Assembly: GCA_904063045.1 (NCBI GenBank)
Contig: CAJFCJ010000024.1
Span: 925,777 to 989,776 of the forward strand
Direction of reading: 5' to 3'
Source of the DNA: Dimorphilus gyrociliatus
Lineage: Eukaryota > Animalia > Annelida
Length of the DNA: 64,000 nucleotides
The position numbers and the translations under genes are program-made. Below the pieces are notes generated by a model that had not been told where the DNA came from, ran no database searches, and saw nothing but the letters and a program-made list of their open reading frames with translations. Positions 11,392-23,267 of this stretch are shown one piece after another (position 1 is the stretch's first letter; each line of letters begins with the position of its first letter).

Positions 11392-13602
11392 ATGACTGAT
11401 TTTCAAACGCGAACTCGAATTCACGGTTCTGGCTATTCGTTTACAACAATCAGGAACCCATGTCATTCATTTCATGAATTGTACAAGGAGAGAACGCAAA
11501 TACATTTTAGACGGCCGTTTCCGCACGATTGCAGGCTTGACGCTACAAGAAGGTACACTGACTCTTCGGTCTTTGAGGCGAAAGTTTTCTCTGAAGGAGT
11601 TAGACTAACAGCCAAATCTTGTGGACAACTAGCCAGAAAGGAAGAAAGACAGGTTTGTTGGCTTTATAAGTCTATTTATAGAATTTTACCAAAATTTCAA
11701 CGATATAAGTATATCGTCCTATATTGCTTCTCCCCTGTGTATGAAGAGGCACCAAATTCGAATAGCATTATCACCAAGATTTATTACTCGTTTTAAAAGT
11801 ATTTTAATAGTGTCTACAGACTGAATCCACTATGTCTTTTTCTCTCTTTTAACAACCACTTTTTCCTCCCCAGTCCACTCTCCTCTTAGCTCAGACTTAT
11901 CTATTTTTTTTACCAATTATTCGTTGAAAATCCACGGTTGAATAATAGTATTGATTGTTAAAAGAAAAAAAAATCTATCTTATTCTATCATTCTTTTCAC
12001 ATCCAAAATCTAGTTTCTACCACCAGACTTTCTTTCTCTTTAACCAACATCTGCCGTAATACTAAAGTCGTTTTTTTTTTCTTTTCAAAGTACTTGACAT
12101 AAATACTTGGTAACCTTAACGATTAACCTATTCGCTCTTCTCTTTCTTTTAACTATGACTTTAAATTAAATGGAAAACAATTAAAGCGAATATTTTATAA
12201 AAAACAGTCTCTATATAAATACATATTTCATTCTATTAGAATGGAATACATTAAAGTTTTAATGATATTCAGTTCAGTTATAATATTTGTTGAAGGTCAT
12301 AAAAGTTGCTATTGATTTTTGATAAACTTTCTTGTTTCTCTTTCTACGAATGAAGATTATGATAAAAAAGATTTATGGTCCAAAAGAACAAGAAAAGCAA
12401 TAATAGTTTCTCATTCGAAATGAGCTTTTCTTGTTCCCTTTTTATTAGAAAGAAATGTGATGGATATTCGGCTATTTTGTTTATTTAAACCTTCTAATCG
12501 AATCTTTTAAAAGTTAAAGTAGATAAAAAAAATCCAAAGACAAAAAAAACAATTACTCTTTTTTTTCCTATGTAGACTGGTGTTAGCAAATTAATCTATG
12601 CAGTTGGGGGAAGACCTTCGGCATTGGAGGGAAAGTTCAAATTTCCAAAGGGTCTTGCTGTCTCACCAAATACTGATATATTTGTCGCAGATTCAGGGAA
12701 TAATAGAATTCAAGTATTGAATCAGTGTGGTGTGTTCAAGTACAGTTTTAATGAAGGATTGAATCAACCGTCAGCGATTGCTGTTTTACCTAATAATGAG
12801 CCAATTGTTGCTGATAGAAGAAATAAACGGCTAAGATTATTTGACGAATATGGCGAGCGGAAATACGATATTAATCTCCCTTATCAACCTGCAGAAATAG
12901 TTCTCCTCGACGTCTCCAACGATTTGGCTATATCCAATCAGAACGGCTTAGTAGAGATTTTTGACACGGAAACTTTTAATAAAAAATATTCATTTAGGCC
13001 TAATTCCACGAAGATCTTTCAAATGGCTACAAACAATGAAGGGAATCTGTTAATTGCAGACTCTAATGCCAAAGTTTTAACATACTCTATCTCATCTAAA
13101 AGCCAGGTTTGTCAAAATAAAGGGCGAGCTTTAAAGTCCACTTTAACACCAAAACAATTTTTTATCGTAATGGTGAAGTTGGCACTTTTTTTTATATTTT
13201 TGTGACTAAATTTAGAATGCAAAACTTCAAAAGAACATTTGAATTTCTAAGAAATGCTTTTCACTTTGACCCCTACAGATAATCAACAGTTTTGAAGCGG
13301 AAGCCTGTAAAGATGGACTATTCTGCGAACCTGGTGGAATATACGTAAATCCATTTAATCAAATAATTATTGGGGATGCTTTGAATCACACAGTTAATTT
13401 GTATGGTGAAACTGGTCTTTATATCAAGGCTTTGGTAACGCCATCAGACGACTGCGGAGCTGTGAGGAGACTGGTTATAGGCAAAGAAGGTCATTTGGTC
13501 ACCAGCGAATTTTCAGCTAATTCCAAACACTACGTAAAACTTTTCCGATATCGGAAGTGTGTTTGTCACTATGGTAGGCCTAACAGCAGTAGAAGTGAAT
13601 AA
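11392..13602 (+). CDS. NHL-repeat (beta-propeller) protein, TRIM-NHL-like but no RING/B-box seen; 371 aa, 3 exons (11392-11652, 12576-13106, 13279-13602)
   Basis: NHL repeats GKFKFPKGLAVSPNTDIFVADSGNNRIQV, GLNQPSAIAV..PIVADRRNKRLRLF and EPGGIYV..IIIGDALNHTVNLY. All introns are phase 0 GT-AG. The start (aaacATG at 11392) and exon 1 are less certain than exons 2-3. Confidence 0.8.
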
Positions 13603-15881
13603 GATTAACATTCAGTAACAACGTAAAAATACGTATATGCATATTCAATATAGTCAAAGAGTTCTTCTTCGTTTGAATAAAATAATTTCTAGCCTACCTT
13701 CTTATTTCTTTATTATTTTCATTAAAAGAAGTTAAATATAAATTCAGCATTTAAAATAAAAAAAGAATAATAGCTCTAAAATTTCTTTTCTAATTAAAAT
13801 TTTAGACCGGAAAGTGAATTGTTTTTTCTTTTATTAAGCTCGTTGTGTAAAAGGAAAAAGAACCGGAACAGGAAATGAAAATATTTTGTATTATTCTATT
13901 TCTAATTCTTTTTTAAATTTCTCTTACGGTAATTCGAAACTGTATTATAATACTAATAGTGTATATATACATATATACATATATAAATATTTAAATGCTT
14001 CGTTTTCTTACATCCTACATTCGCTGCTTTGTTGTAGAGAATTTAGGGAAAGTAAGAATAAAGGAAAAAGAGACTAGAAGAGACAGAAAATGTTATTAAT
14101 GATCAAACTAATCTAATTTATAATTATCTCGTTTATTTGTTATATTATATATATAGTAAAATAGAAAGATATCTAACATGAAGGTGAAGGAGAGGGCGTA
14201 GAAATAGAAGGACAAAGCCATTTAGTTTTTAAGTAATTATTAATTAATTAATAGTTCAATTAGTTTAATTATTATCCTTCTTTGCTATTTAAATATTGAT
14301 AATACATATTTTTTTATAATTTATTAATGTTAACATTTCTATTATATTGATTATTATTCATATTTTCGAGGAAAAATATCTTGTAAAAAGCTCAAAGTAG
14401 CAGTTTTTCTCTTTTATTTTTTTTTTACTCCTCTCCAGTAGAAAGAAGTACTTTGTAGGATTGGAGAGCAAATGTCAATGACTGAAATGCAAGCAATTGA
14501 ATCTGTATCTAACACTTTATAGTGTACCTTATAAAAGCTTCGAGTGATTACCGAAAATATCATTGTTCAACAAATATTTATACCGCATTAGAAGTGATCT
14601 TTTAGGCCTAATTATCCATAATCTTTTCTCTTTTAATATTACCTGTTAAACAGAGGGAGAAAGGGAATGGGTGAGAGAGAGCGTGTATATATATATATAT
14701 ATATATATACTAATATATATAAATATGAATATGAGAGAGAAAAGAAAGAGAGAGAGAGAGAGAGAGAGAATCTAGGACTTTTTTTTCATTTTAATTCTAT
14801 TTACTTTACAATGCTAGCTCTTATTAAGATCAATTTTTTACAGAAATAGGCCTATTTTATCGTTAATAATAGTGTTTTTTTTCCTAGGGAAGTGATAAGA
14901 AAAAAAAAATTTTTTTCTCCACAAGGCCTGTTTGTTTACAGGAATTTTTCGAAGTTTTTTACCCTTATTTTTTTTTTCTTCTTTGTAAATGGTATTCAAA
15001 TTTTACAATAAATATTTAGATAATTTCGCAATTGTTTAATAAACTACTGATTTCTTACTAATTGATTTATAAATAAATGAGAAGATTACGTAATTTAGCG
15101 ATGATATTTAAAAAAAATTATAAAGAATATAGAGGTAGTAAATTATAAAACTAACCTTTTTTAAAGAACAGAACAACATTGATATATGATGAGTATTCAA
15201 CGCATAATCCAACTAATGTAAAAGCTGCTGTTAAGGTCCATGCAAACGCTGTGAAATAAGCACAGCAACGTGCAACACCCATCCTCCAAAAGAAAAAATC
15301 AGTAAAAGAGTTGTATAGTTCGAACGATTACCGTTAGACGGCACTCAAACCCCTCAAAACGAAAAAACGTAAAGAAAATATATTTCCCCCTCCCTAGTAT
15401 TCCTATATCTCTTTTGCTTCCCTCGTATACATTTCTTCTCTTATATTTCGTCTCTTTAGTTATAATTCAAGAAAACTGGAGAACGGAAGAGGGACGATAG
15501 AGGAAGTCAACTAGAAACAGATTAAAAAGAATTATTTAGAGTTTTAAAATTATGTTATAGTAGAAAAGGCTGCTTAATTAAAAACTGAATGCTCATTAAA
15601 TAGATTTGTATATCGTTATATAACATACAGGCATTAAATAGTATATTTATGGCAGATGTCACTTATATCTATAAATCAGTTTAACGCCATCTACTAATAA
15701 TCCTATTAGGTGTTTCTCTAAATTATAATAAATTATCGAGTTCATTTGATATAAATGATATTTACATTAAATAGTTAAATATAAATTAATATTAATTATA
15801 ATTAATTCATCAGTTAAAGGGGTTTTTTTTCGAGATTTTTTAAATTAATTAAGATAAATTACATATAAAAGGGAACCCGAT

Positions 15882-15906
15882 TAATAATAATAATAATAAT
15901 AATAAT
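15882..15906. repeat. (TAA)n microsatellite
   Basis: About 8 TAA units read directly. Confidence 0.9.
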
Positions 15907-16466
15907 ACCATTTCCTCTCTATGAAAGTACAAACAAATTCAATTTTCTCTCTTTCTTTTCCATCATTTTTTTTAATAAAGGATAAGGCCTATAGATGGCA
16001 CTTTACGATTCTCGCTTAAGATTTCTTGCCCTGTGTTTAAATATATATTCTTCTAATCAATTTAAGGTGTTCTTCTATTGAGTTTAAACACTAAAGAAAG
16101 AAACTGGAACAGGGTTGTTAGGTCAAATGAAGGATATACAGTTATAAGCAATCTCCCCGAAATATATGACGACATTTGTAAGAGCGATAAATAATTCGAA
16201 CGACACCATTTGCTAATATATTACGAATAACTTGGTCTTGACTCAACAACTCTTCGAGATAAAGCACGAATAAATGAACGTTAAAACGCTTTTGTTTTTT
16301 CATTTCTTTCGCTAGAGTTTCCTACAACGAAGGAGAGCGAAAGGAGGAAGAACAAGATAAAAAGAAAGTATTAATTATATATGCATGTATGTATACTGTC
16401 ATTATACATACATATAAATTTATATATATATATATATATATATTTTATTTTAAAAAATCACCAGTA

Positions 16467-18649
16467 ATGACATTAAATCAACTATCAGAAAGTAATGACA
16501 CTTGTATTTTTGATCTCGAATCTGTTGATTATTTATCGGCTACTAGTCCAGGTGATCAGGCCTATAAAATGTTGAATTTATGCCGTAAAGTTTTAGTGGA
16601 AAACTGCGAAATAGATATTTCAGAAGAATATTATAGATTATTGGTGGAAAATGCAAATTGCGGCAGGGAAGAGAAACTATTTGCTCTAAATATATTTACG
16701 TTAATCTTATGCTCGATAATTATAATTGCCAATTCTATTTTACTGACTGCATTGATTAAAGAAGAAAATGTAAGTAAGACAACAATTTGAAATTCTCGTT
16801 TATATTCTGTTTATTTTGCTTTCTTTCGCTAAAAATATTCTCTTATTTATGTATAGAAAACCGTTACAAATTCGTTTATAATATCCTTAACCTCCTCCGA
16901 TCTTATAATGGCCTTATCCTTCGTCTATGCGGCAGTTATGGACATGTTAATGGCATCTGCGGAATTAAGACTTAATAAGGAGTTTTTAAAAAGGCTAGTT
17001 ACAATTCGGAGTGACTATGTATTATGTTTATTATTGGATGGTCCTGGATTTCTTTTTATTTCAATGACCGCCAGTATTTTTACCTTGACTGCTATTGCCT
17101 TTGAAAAATACGTAGCAATTTTCCATCCTCTTCGTTATCCGGCTCTTATTACCAGAAATCGATCTATAATAGCTATTCTGATTATATGGTTCATTTCTGT
17201 TATGATTGGACTACTACCTTTAATGGGATGGAACAGGTTCATATATAAAGATCGTTTCTATGTATTTATATCAGCTAAATATGTATGTATATACTGTATA
17301 TACTTGAAAAAGTTGTATTAACGCTTTATTACTAGTTTTAACCAGTCTACGATTTAATCATACAGCCGATTTTTGTATAAGCAACAAATTTGCTTCCTTT
17401 TTATTATTAGACTACTAGAATGTTTCTTAGTGTATCGTACAATTCAAACAATTATAAATACTCCCTTTGCTATTATATATAAGGTCTTTATTGAATTTAA
17501 ACCTCTCATTACATTATCAAACGTCCTTATTATCTGTTTCTCTTTTATAATGTTGATTAAATGTGATTTTGATTAAGAAAAGTTCACAGTAACGTATGGT
17601 TGGAAAAGTGCAAAAGTCTATCAAAACTTTATTGGAGAGAAACTGCACGTGTCGTCCAAAATATAGTTAGATAAGAGCATATTAACCTTTTGCTGTACAT
17701 ATACAGTATATACGTTATACAATTGAATTTATATATATATATATATATTTATAGCCAATATAAAGAACATATAGATTTCAACATTTTCTTAATTAACATC
17801 ACAAAAAATAGCTAGGGAAATAGATCGAAAAATTATAATCCTTTACATTTTATTATTTGTTTCTTCAGGTTTGACGGAGTGTGTCTATTCGTTGAGAAAA
17901 TTTCTTACTCATACCTGGTTTCTTGGGGTGCATTAGGCCTAGCAGCAATGCTGTTAACCTTAGTTCTATATGCTAGAATGTTTCTAGTGGCTAGGAAACA
18001 TTCGAAAAGTGTTCATCCAACTGTAAACTTTAGAAAGGAGACTCGACCGTCTTTGATTAGCCATAGAACTTGTCCTGATTTAAAAAAGTTAATAATGATT
18101 AACGAAGATAGCGGACTAGGTACTTCAAAGGAACAGTCTGAAACTTGCTTTACAACTTTGAATAATGTATCAGAATCAAAAAGAGATAATAGAAAGAGAA
18201 AAAATGGTATTTCAAAATTGAATTTTGTCGAAACAATAACTAGAGTAGAATCGATAAAGAAACATACATCGGTTGGACTACCAGTTCCAAATGCAATTGG
18301 AACAGCCAGTATGGTAGAACTTCCTGTTTTATGGCGAAAAGAAAGAAAAAGAGCAAGACAAACAAGTAAATTATCGATATTTATTACAGAAAAGATACAG
18401 GAAATAGCTCCACCAATAAAGGCCATAAAAACAATTGCTGTAATTTTAGGAGCATTTTATATTTGTTGGTTACCCCTCGTGATATACTTGCTAACCAATC
18501 CAAGAAGGTATACCAACTTTTCCATATTTTGTTTAGCATTATTAGCTTTGTGTAATTCTCTATTTAACCCTTTGGTCTATGGATTTAGAGAAAGGAAATT
18601 AAGGAAGAAAGTACTAAGCTTTTTCTATTGCAGAAAGAAAGATTGTTAA
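16467..18649 (+). CDS. Class A GPCR, adenosine/MECA-like, 487 aa, 3 exons (16467-16769, 16857-17236, 17869-18649)
   Basis: TM1 IANSILL, TM2 TNSFIISLTSSDLIMAL, TM3 TASIFTLTAIAFEKYVAIFHPLRY, TM4 IWFISVMIGLLPLMGWN, TM6 KAIKTIAVILGAFYICWLP, TM7 NSLFNPLVY. Long third intracellular loop. Splice phases are consistent. Confidence 0.92.
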
Positions 18650-19601
18650 GATATCTTCTATTTCTTTATTGTTATTTATTTTATATTTTATCAACAAAAT
18701 ATTATTAGATAATACTGGAAAATGTCGTAATATGCTTGCTTGGCTCTTTTTATTCAACTTTTCCGGGCTGATATGAGCTGCATTAAAGAAGTTTTATCGT
18801 ATAAATATCTATAAATAAACAATACGCAGTATATATCTTTTATATGTATATACTGTGTTTAAAGATATATAATTCTAATAGTAACATATTCTATACTTAC
18901 TGTAAATCATTCAAGTATGCAGAAAAAATTAAGTAGTACAGGCTGATAAAAAATTTATGAGCCCAGATTTCTACCAAAGTCACTTTCTAGGCTAATAGAA
19001 CTTAGACAGTGAATAGGCAAAAATGGATATACAGTATATATATACTTTCCATCTTACTTAATACAAAAGTGTATAAGAAACAATACTAATATTTTTCAAT
19101 TAAATATCTTATTAGGAGTGACCTTTGAACTGTTTTATTAAAGAAATAAAAATATATTATTTCCTTATCTTATATAAAATGATTTAGTTTTCCAAATATT
19201 TCTATTTGTATCTTGTATTTCATCTAATCTGCTTGAATGTAAATTCTATTAATTATTAACAGATAAATTGTCAATTGATTAATAAATTCTATGGAAACTA
19301 AAAGTATGCTTACTTTTTATTTAGTTTTACTGGAATCGTGCACATGTAAACAATATATATGTAACCATATATATAATATACATATTCTAGACATACGAAT
19401 ACAAACATTTGCATAATATTTACATATGGTATATTTATAGTTTTAACTCATTGATACATACAAATATATATATATATACATGTATAAGAGTATATATATA
19501 TATATATGTATAAAAGCAGTATATATTATATATTTAAACAGACTTATATTTGTATAAATATGTAGTATTTCGTTACATACATCAAATACGACACTTACAT
19601 T

Positions 19602-20543
19602 ATGAACTCAACTGCATTCCACTCACTTGATGCCTCAGTCTGGAAATATCTAAATAGAGTTATACTACCTGTTTTTGGACTGGTTGTTGTTTCTCTCAAC
19701 GTTTTAATCATCTACGCTGTGTTTAAATCAAGAAAAACTGCTCAAGATTATTCATATGTTCCCAAAATATCTCTTTGTATATTTGATGCCTTGTTGGGTT
19801 TGGCTTTAATATGTCTTATTGATATTTCTACAACAGGCTACAAGATTGCTACAAACGCTATAAGATGTTTTGTTACATCCAATATGCTTGAATTCGTTAA
19901 TTGGGGGATTATGCTATCGACTTTCGGAGTAACTTTGGATGTTTTTATTAAAATAAACAATCCTTTAAAGTATCCATTAATAGTTACTTGGAAAAGATGT
20001 ATTGTTACGACAATTATCACATGGATAATAACCTTTGGTCTATTCGGTATGCACGCAATTTTATGGACAAGAGTCTTATGCTCTAACAAATCAAGTTCAA
20101 TATCAGATAGTAAATTTCAAAAGTATCTCTATATTACTTATACATTAATTTTACCATTAATTATAATACTTGTTATTCTCAAGATGCACGCCAAAATATT
20201 TATTATTGCTAGAAAGCATAGAAACTGTCGTGCGGCGGAATTGAATTGTTCAACTAGAAAAGGATGGAAAGATTTAGTAACTTTACTTATTCTAGTTGGA
20301 ATTATTATTACAACATGGCTACCTCTAAGGTGTTTAAATTTATATCTAATTTCAAATAAGACCGTTAGTATTACAATGATTGAATTATTATTTTATTTAA
20401 ATTGCTTAAATGGTTTCCTTAATCCAATTTTATACGCTGCACGTGATAAAGGTATAAGGAAACATATTCGGTGTGGCTGTTCAAATGATGTTGTATTCAG
20501 ATTTATGAGAAATATTCAAAATCTTTCAAATTCATCATCGTGA
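19602..20543 (+). CDS. Class A GPCR, intronless CDS, adenosine/MECA-like or orphan, 313 aa
   Basis: Single ORF with 7 hydrophobic segments: SLNVLII (TM1), TLDVFIKINNPLKY (DRY region), WLP (TM6), NGFLNPILY (NPxxY). Confidence 0.9.
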   Translation: MNSTAFHSLDASVWKYLNRVILPVFGLVVVSLNVLIIYAVFKSRKTAQDYSYVPKISLCIFDALLGLALICLIDISTTGYKIATNAIRCFVTSNMLEFVNWGIMLSTFGVTLDVFIKINNPLKYPLIVTWKRCIVTTIITWIITFGLFGMHAILWTRVLCSNKSSSISDSKFQKYLYITYTLILPLIIILVILKMHAKIFIIARKHRNCRAAELNCSTRKGWKDLVTLLILVGIIITTWLPLRCLNLYLISNKTVSITMIELLFYLNCLNGFLNPILYAARDKGIRKHIRCGCSNDVVFRFMRNIQNLSNSSS

Positions 20544-21148
20544 TTTTCCTTTTTCCATTTTTCTTCTAATCATCTTCCTAAGACATATATTCCCCGTTTT
20601 CGCTTATATCATAATGATATTTTTAGCTATAAATATAATAAGTGACCTTATTTGTTAATCAATTTATGAAGAAAAATAGCTCATTTCCAAATGTGAGATG
20701 TAAATTGTGCAATCCACAACTGTACGAAGTAATGTTACTTCAATGAGTAACCTAATGTATCACTTGTTTGATTATTTATAAAAAGTTTTATCATTGCCGT
20801 TGTATTATATAACGTATTTTTTATGATGATATTCAACTGTATAAAATTTATCATTCTTTCTTGTTGTGATTTTTCTTTATTGCTCTCGAATACAATAAGC
20901 TAAATATAATTAAAATGATCTCATTAAGAAGATAAATTACAATTTATATATACTATAGTTTATTTTTTTAAAATAACCCACGGTTCTTTAATATATTTCA
21001 TAAAAAAAAATAACTCATGGTGAAAATTGAATGATTTTTTTATTTGTAATTAATTTGTGTTAAAATAAATGTATAAATATATATGTCATTTTAGCAAATG
21101 TTTTTTCTTTGATTGATTAAACTACTAGGCGCCTAAGCGGAACTATAG

Positions 21149-22284
21149 ATGCGACATTTAACACTGCGGATTGAATATTTGATGCGTTCTGATTGGTTAA
21201 AAAATTCTTGGGAGTAGGTGCGAGCCTGTAATGGCAGAGTTTTAAAACCGAGTTTTTTCTTATTATTGGTTTCTTGACATGATATACTGGCTTTTTAATA
21301 AAATGTTGGTAGTAATTAATCATCTTAAACTTATGTCCATCTATACGTCTTTTACAAAAAAATCAAGGTTTGATCTAAGGCGTTTTTTATAATTTATTAA
21401 TACTCTTTCCAATGTTATAACGCTACAGGCAAAACAAGAAAAGAATTCTGCCTCTTCGATGGCTAGCCAAGTATATTCCGTTTAATATAGACGCAACAAT
21501 TGAATTACACCCGTATCTCGTGAACGATGAAGATACTACATCTTCTCAAAGTGATACAAGTTGGATGTTCGACAACTCTATTCTCAGTCTGTTCGATATA
21601 TCTATTTTATTTGAAAGGAGTTATCGTGATTGGGGAGTTCTTTACAGAGCTCAGTTCAGGCGTAAAAGTCAACCGGAAAAGCCGACTGAAACAAAAGCTG
21701 AAGAAAAGCCAGAAGAACAAGCTGCTATGAAGAAGATAAATGAGTTGGAAACAGAACTAGACGCTTTAAAATCTCAAATCGCTAAGCTCATAAATAATAC
21801 AGCTATAACATGTTCAACTCCCGTTCTTACTGCATTTCCTACTCCAGAAAATACACCAAAGTCTTCTAAAACAGCAGTAGTTGCAGCACCACCACCACCG
21901 CCTCCTCCACCTCCTCCTCCCCCACCGCCACCGATTGACAAGAGACCATCAGTTAGAGATATTATAATGCAAAACAAGAAGTCATCTAGCAACCAAACAA
22001 AATCAGTTAAACAGCCAAGTGGAGTTGATATGTCAGAAGTTTTAAAAGGCCTTGGAACAGTAAAGTTGAGATCGGTAGAAAGGTCTCCCGGAGGGACCCC
22101 TGTTAGGCGGCCAAAAGAAAATGAAATGAACGACGTAGGTTCTGTTATTCATAGAGCGTTGAAGAAGAGACTCGATAAGATAAGGCAAAGTGTAGGGGGA
22201 AGTCCAGACAAAGAAAACTGCTCCCCAGATAAATGGAGTCCCCATGAAAGCCTAGTAAGTATAATTAACAATATCTTTCATTAA
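21149..22284 (+). CDS. MTFR1: Mitochondrial fission regulator (MTFR1/FAM54 family), about 306 aa, 2 exons (21149-21213 putative, 21429-22284)
   Basis: Family blocks AMKKINELETELDALKSQIAKL, a poly-proline run, MSEVLKGLGTVKLRSVERSPGG and VIHRALKKR. Exon 2 extends upstream to an acceptor at 21428. Exon 1 is inferred from an ATG plus a phase-compatible donor (gtaggt). Confidence 0.82.
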
Positions 22285-22919
22285 ATTTAGGTCTACAGGC
22301 AAAATTTTACAACAAAAACAAATTACTTCAATTTCCACAAACTAACCAATTACAGACAAAACAATCTTTAGGCATATAGGGAAAAAACTCTCGTTATTGA
22401 CAACAGATGGCACGGTAAAAGTAAAACGTCGTCTTTCAGGAGATCTAAATTGTATTTAGAAGAAGTAGAAATATTATATGTATATATATAGTATGTACAT
22501 ATTATTTTATATACATAGTTGAAAGAGGCTTAAAGGTATTTAACCGTTATGAATATTATAATTCTTTCATAATACGATACAAGACTTCCGTGTATCATCA
22601 ATGACACCGAAAATTGATATTAAAATGACTATATTGTATTTCAATCAAGAAATAACAATATAAAATTCTACCATGCTTCACTAAAAATTATTTTCCACTC
22701 CATCAAACATTCATGATTTTTTGCATTTTTCCTTTATTTTTAATGTATTTACTTTGGAAAATCCCCACGTAAATAATTTTATTTTTAAAAAAAAAACTTT
22801 TACACAGCCGGGTCCTCATCTTCTCCGATCGTCTAATCGAAAGCTGGATAATCTTGGCAGAGATAAGCGTTCGAAATGAGCCGAACTACGTTGTATTTAC
22901 TTGAACTAGGCCTACAAAG

Positions 22920-22928
22920 GACCACCCT
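22920..22928 (+). promoter_or_regulatory. Candidate Gli/Ci binding site upstream of patched
   Basis: GACCACCCT, an 8/9 match to the Gli consensus GACCACCCA, about 340 nt upstream of the patched ATG. Confidence 0.6.
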
Positions 22929-23267
22929 GGTAGAACGTCGTGAGCAACGCCATCTACCATAAAAACGTTTCTTCCATTAAATTGCCTATGAAAACTATTA
23001 AAATTGTTTAATTTTGTTTTTTTTTCAATATTTTGTATTTTTTTTGTATATTCTGTTTACTCTGACGCATTATGTTCATTTAATAAAAATATATAGGCCT
23101 AATGACAGGCGGCTATTAAAGCTTAAAACCAGGTGGCGTTGTTAACAGAATACCTTATTGCAAAGTTCAGACCGCTTTTGAGTCAGTTGCAGGCCGGCAT
23201 GAGGAGCGTTTGGAAGTGTATATTAAATTTTCAGGGATAATCCACTAATCTGATTAATCCACGGATT

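Noticed and set aside
18013-22245. Antisense or alternate-frame ORFs (18013-18426, 19838-20089, 21527-21730, 21774-21992 poly-Gly, 22042-22245)
   Set aside because: These are shadows of the GPCR and MTFR1 coding sequences; the poly-Gly is the reverse complement of the poly-Pro.
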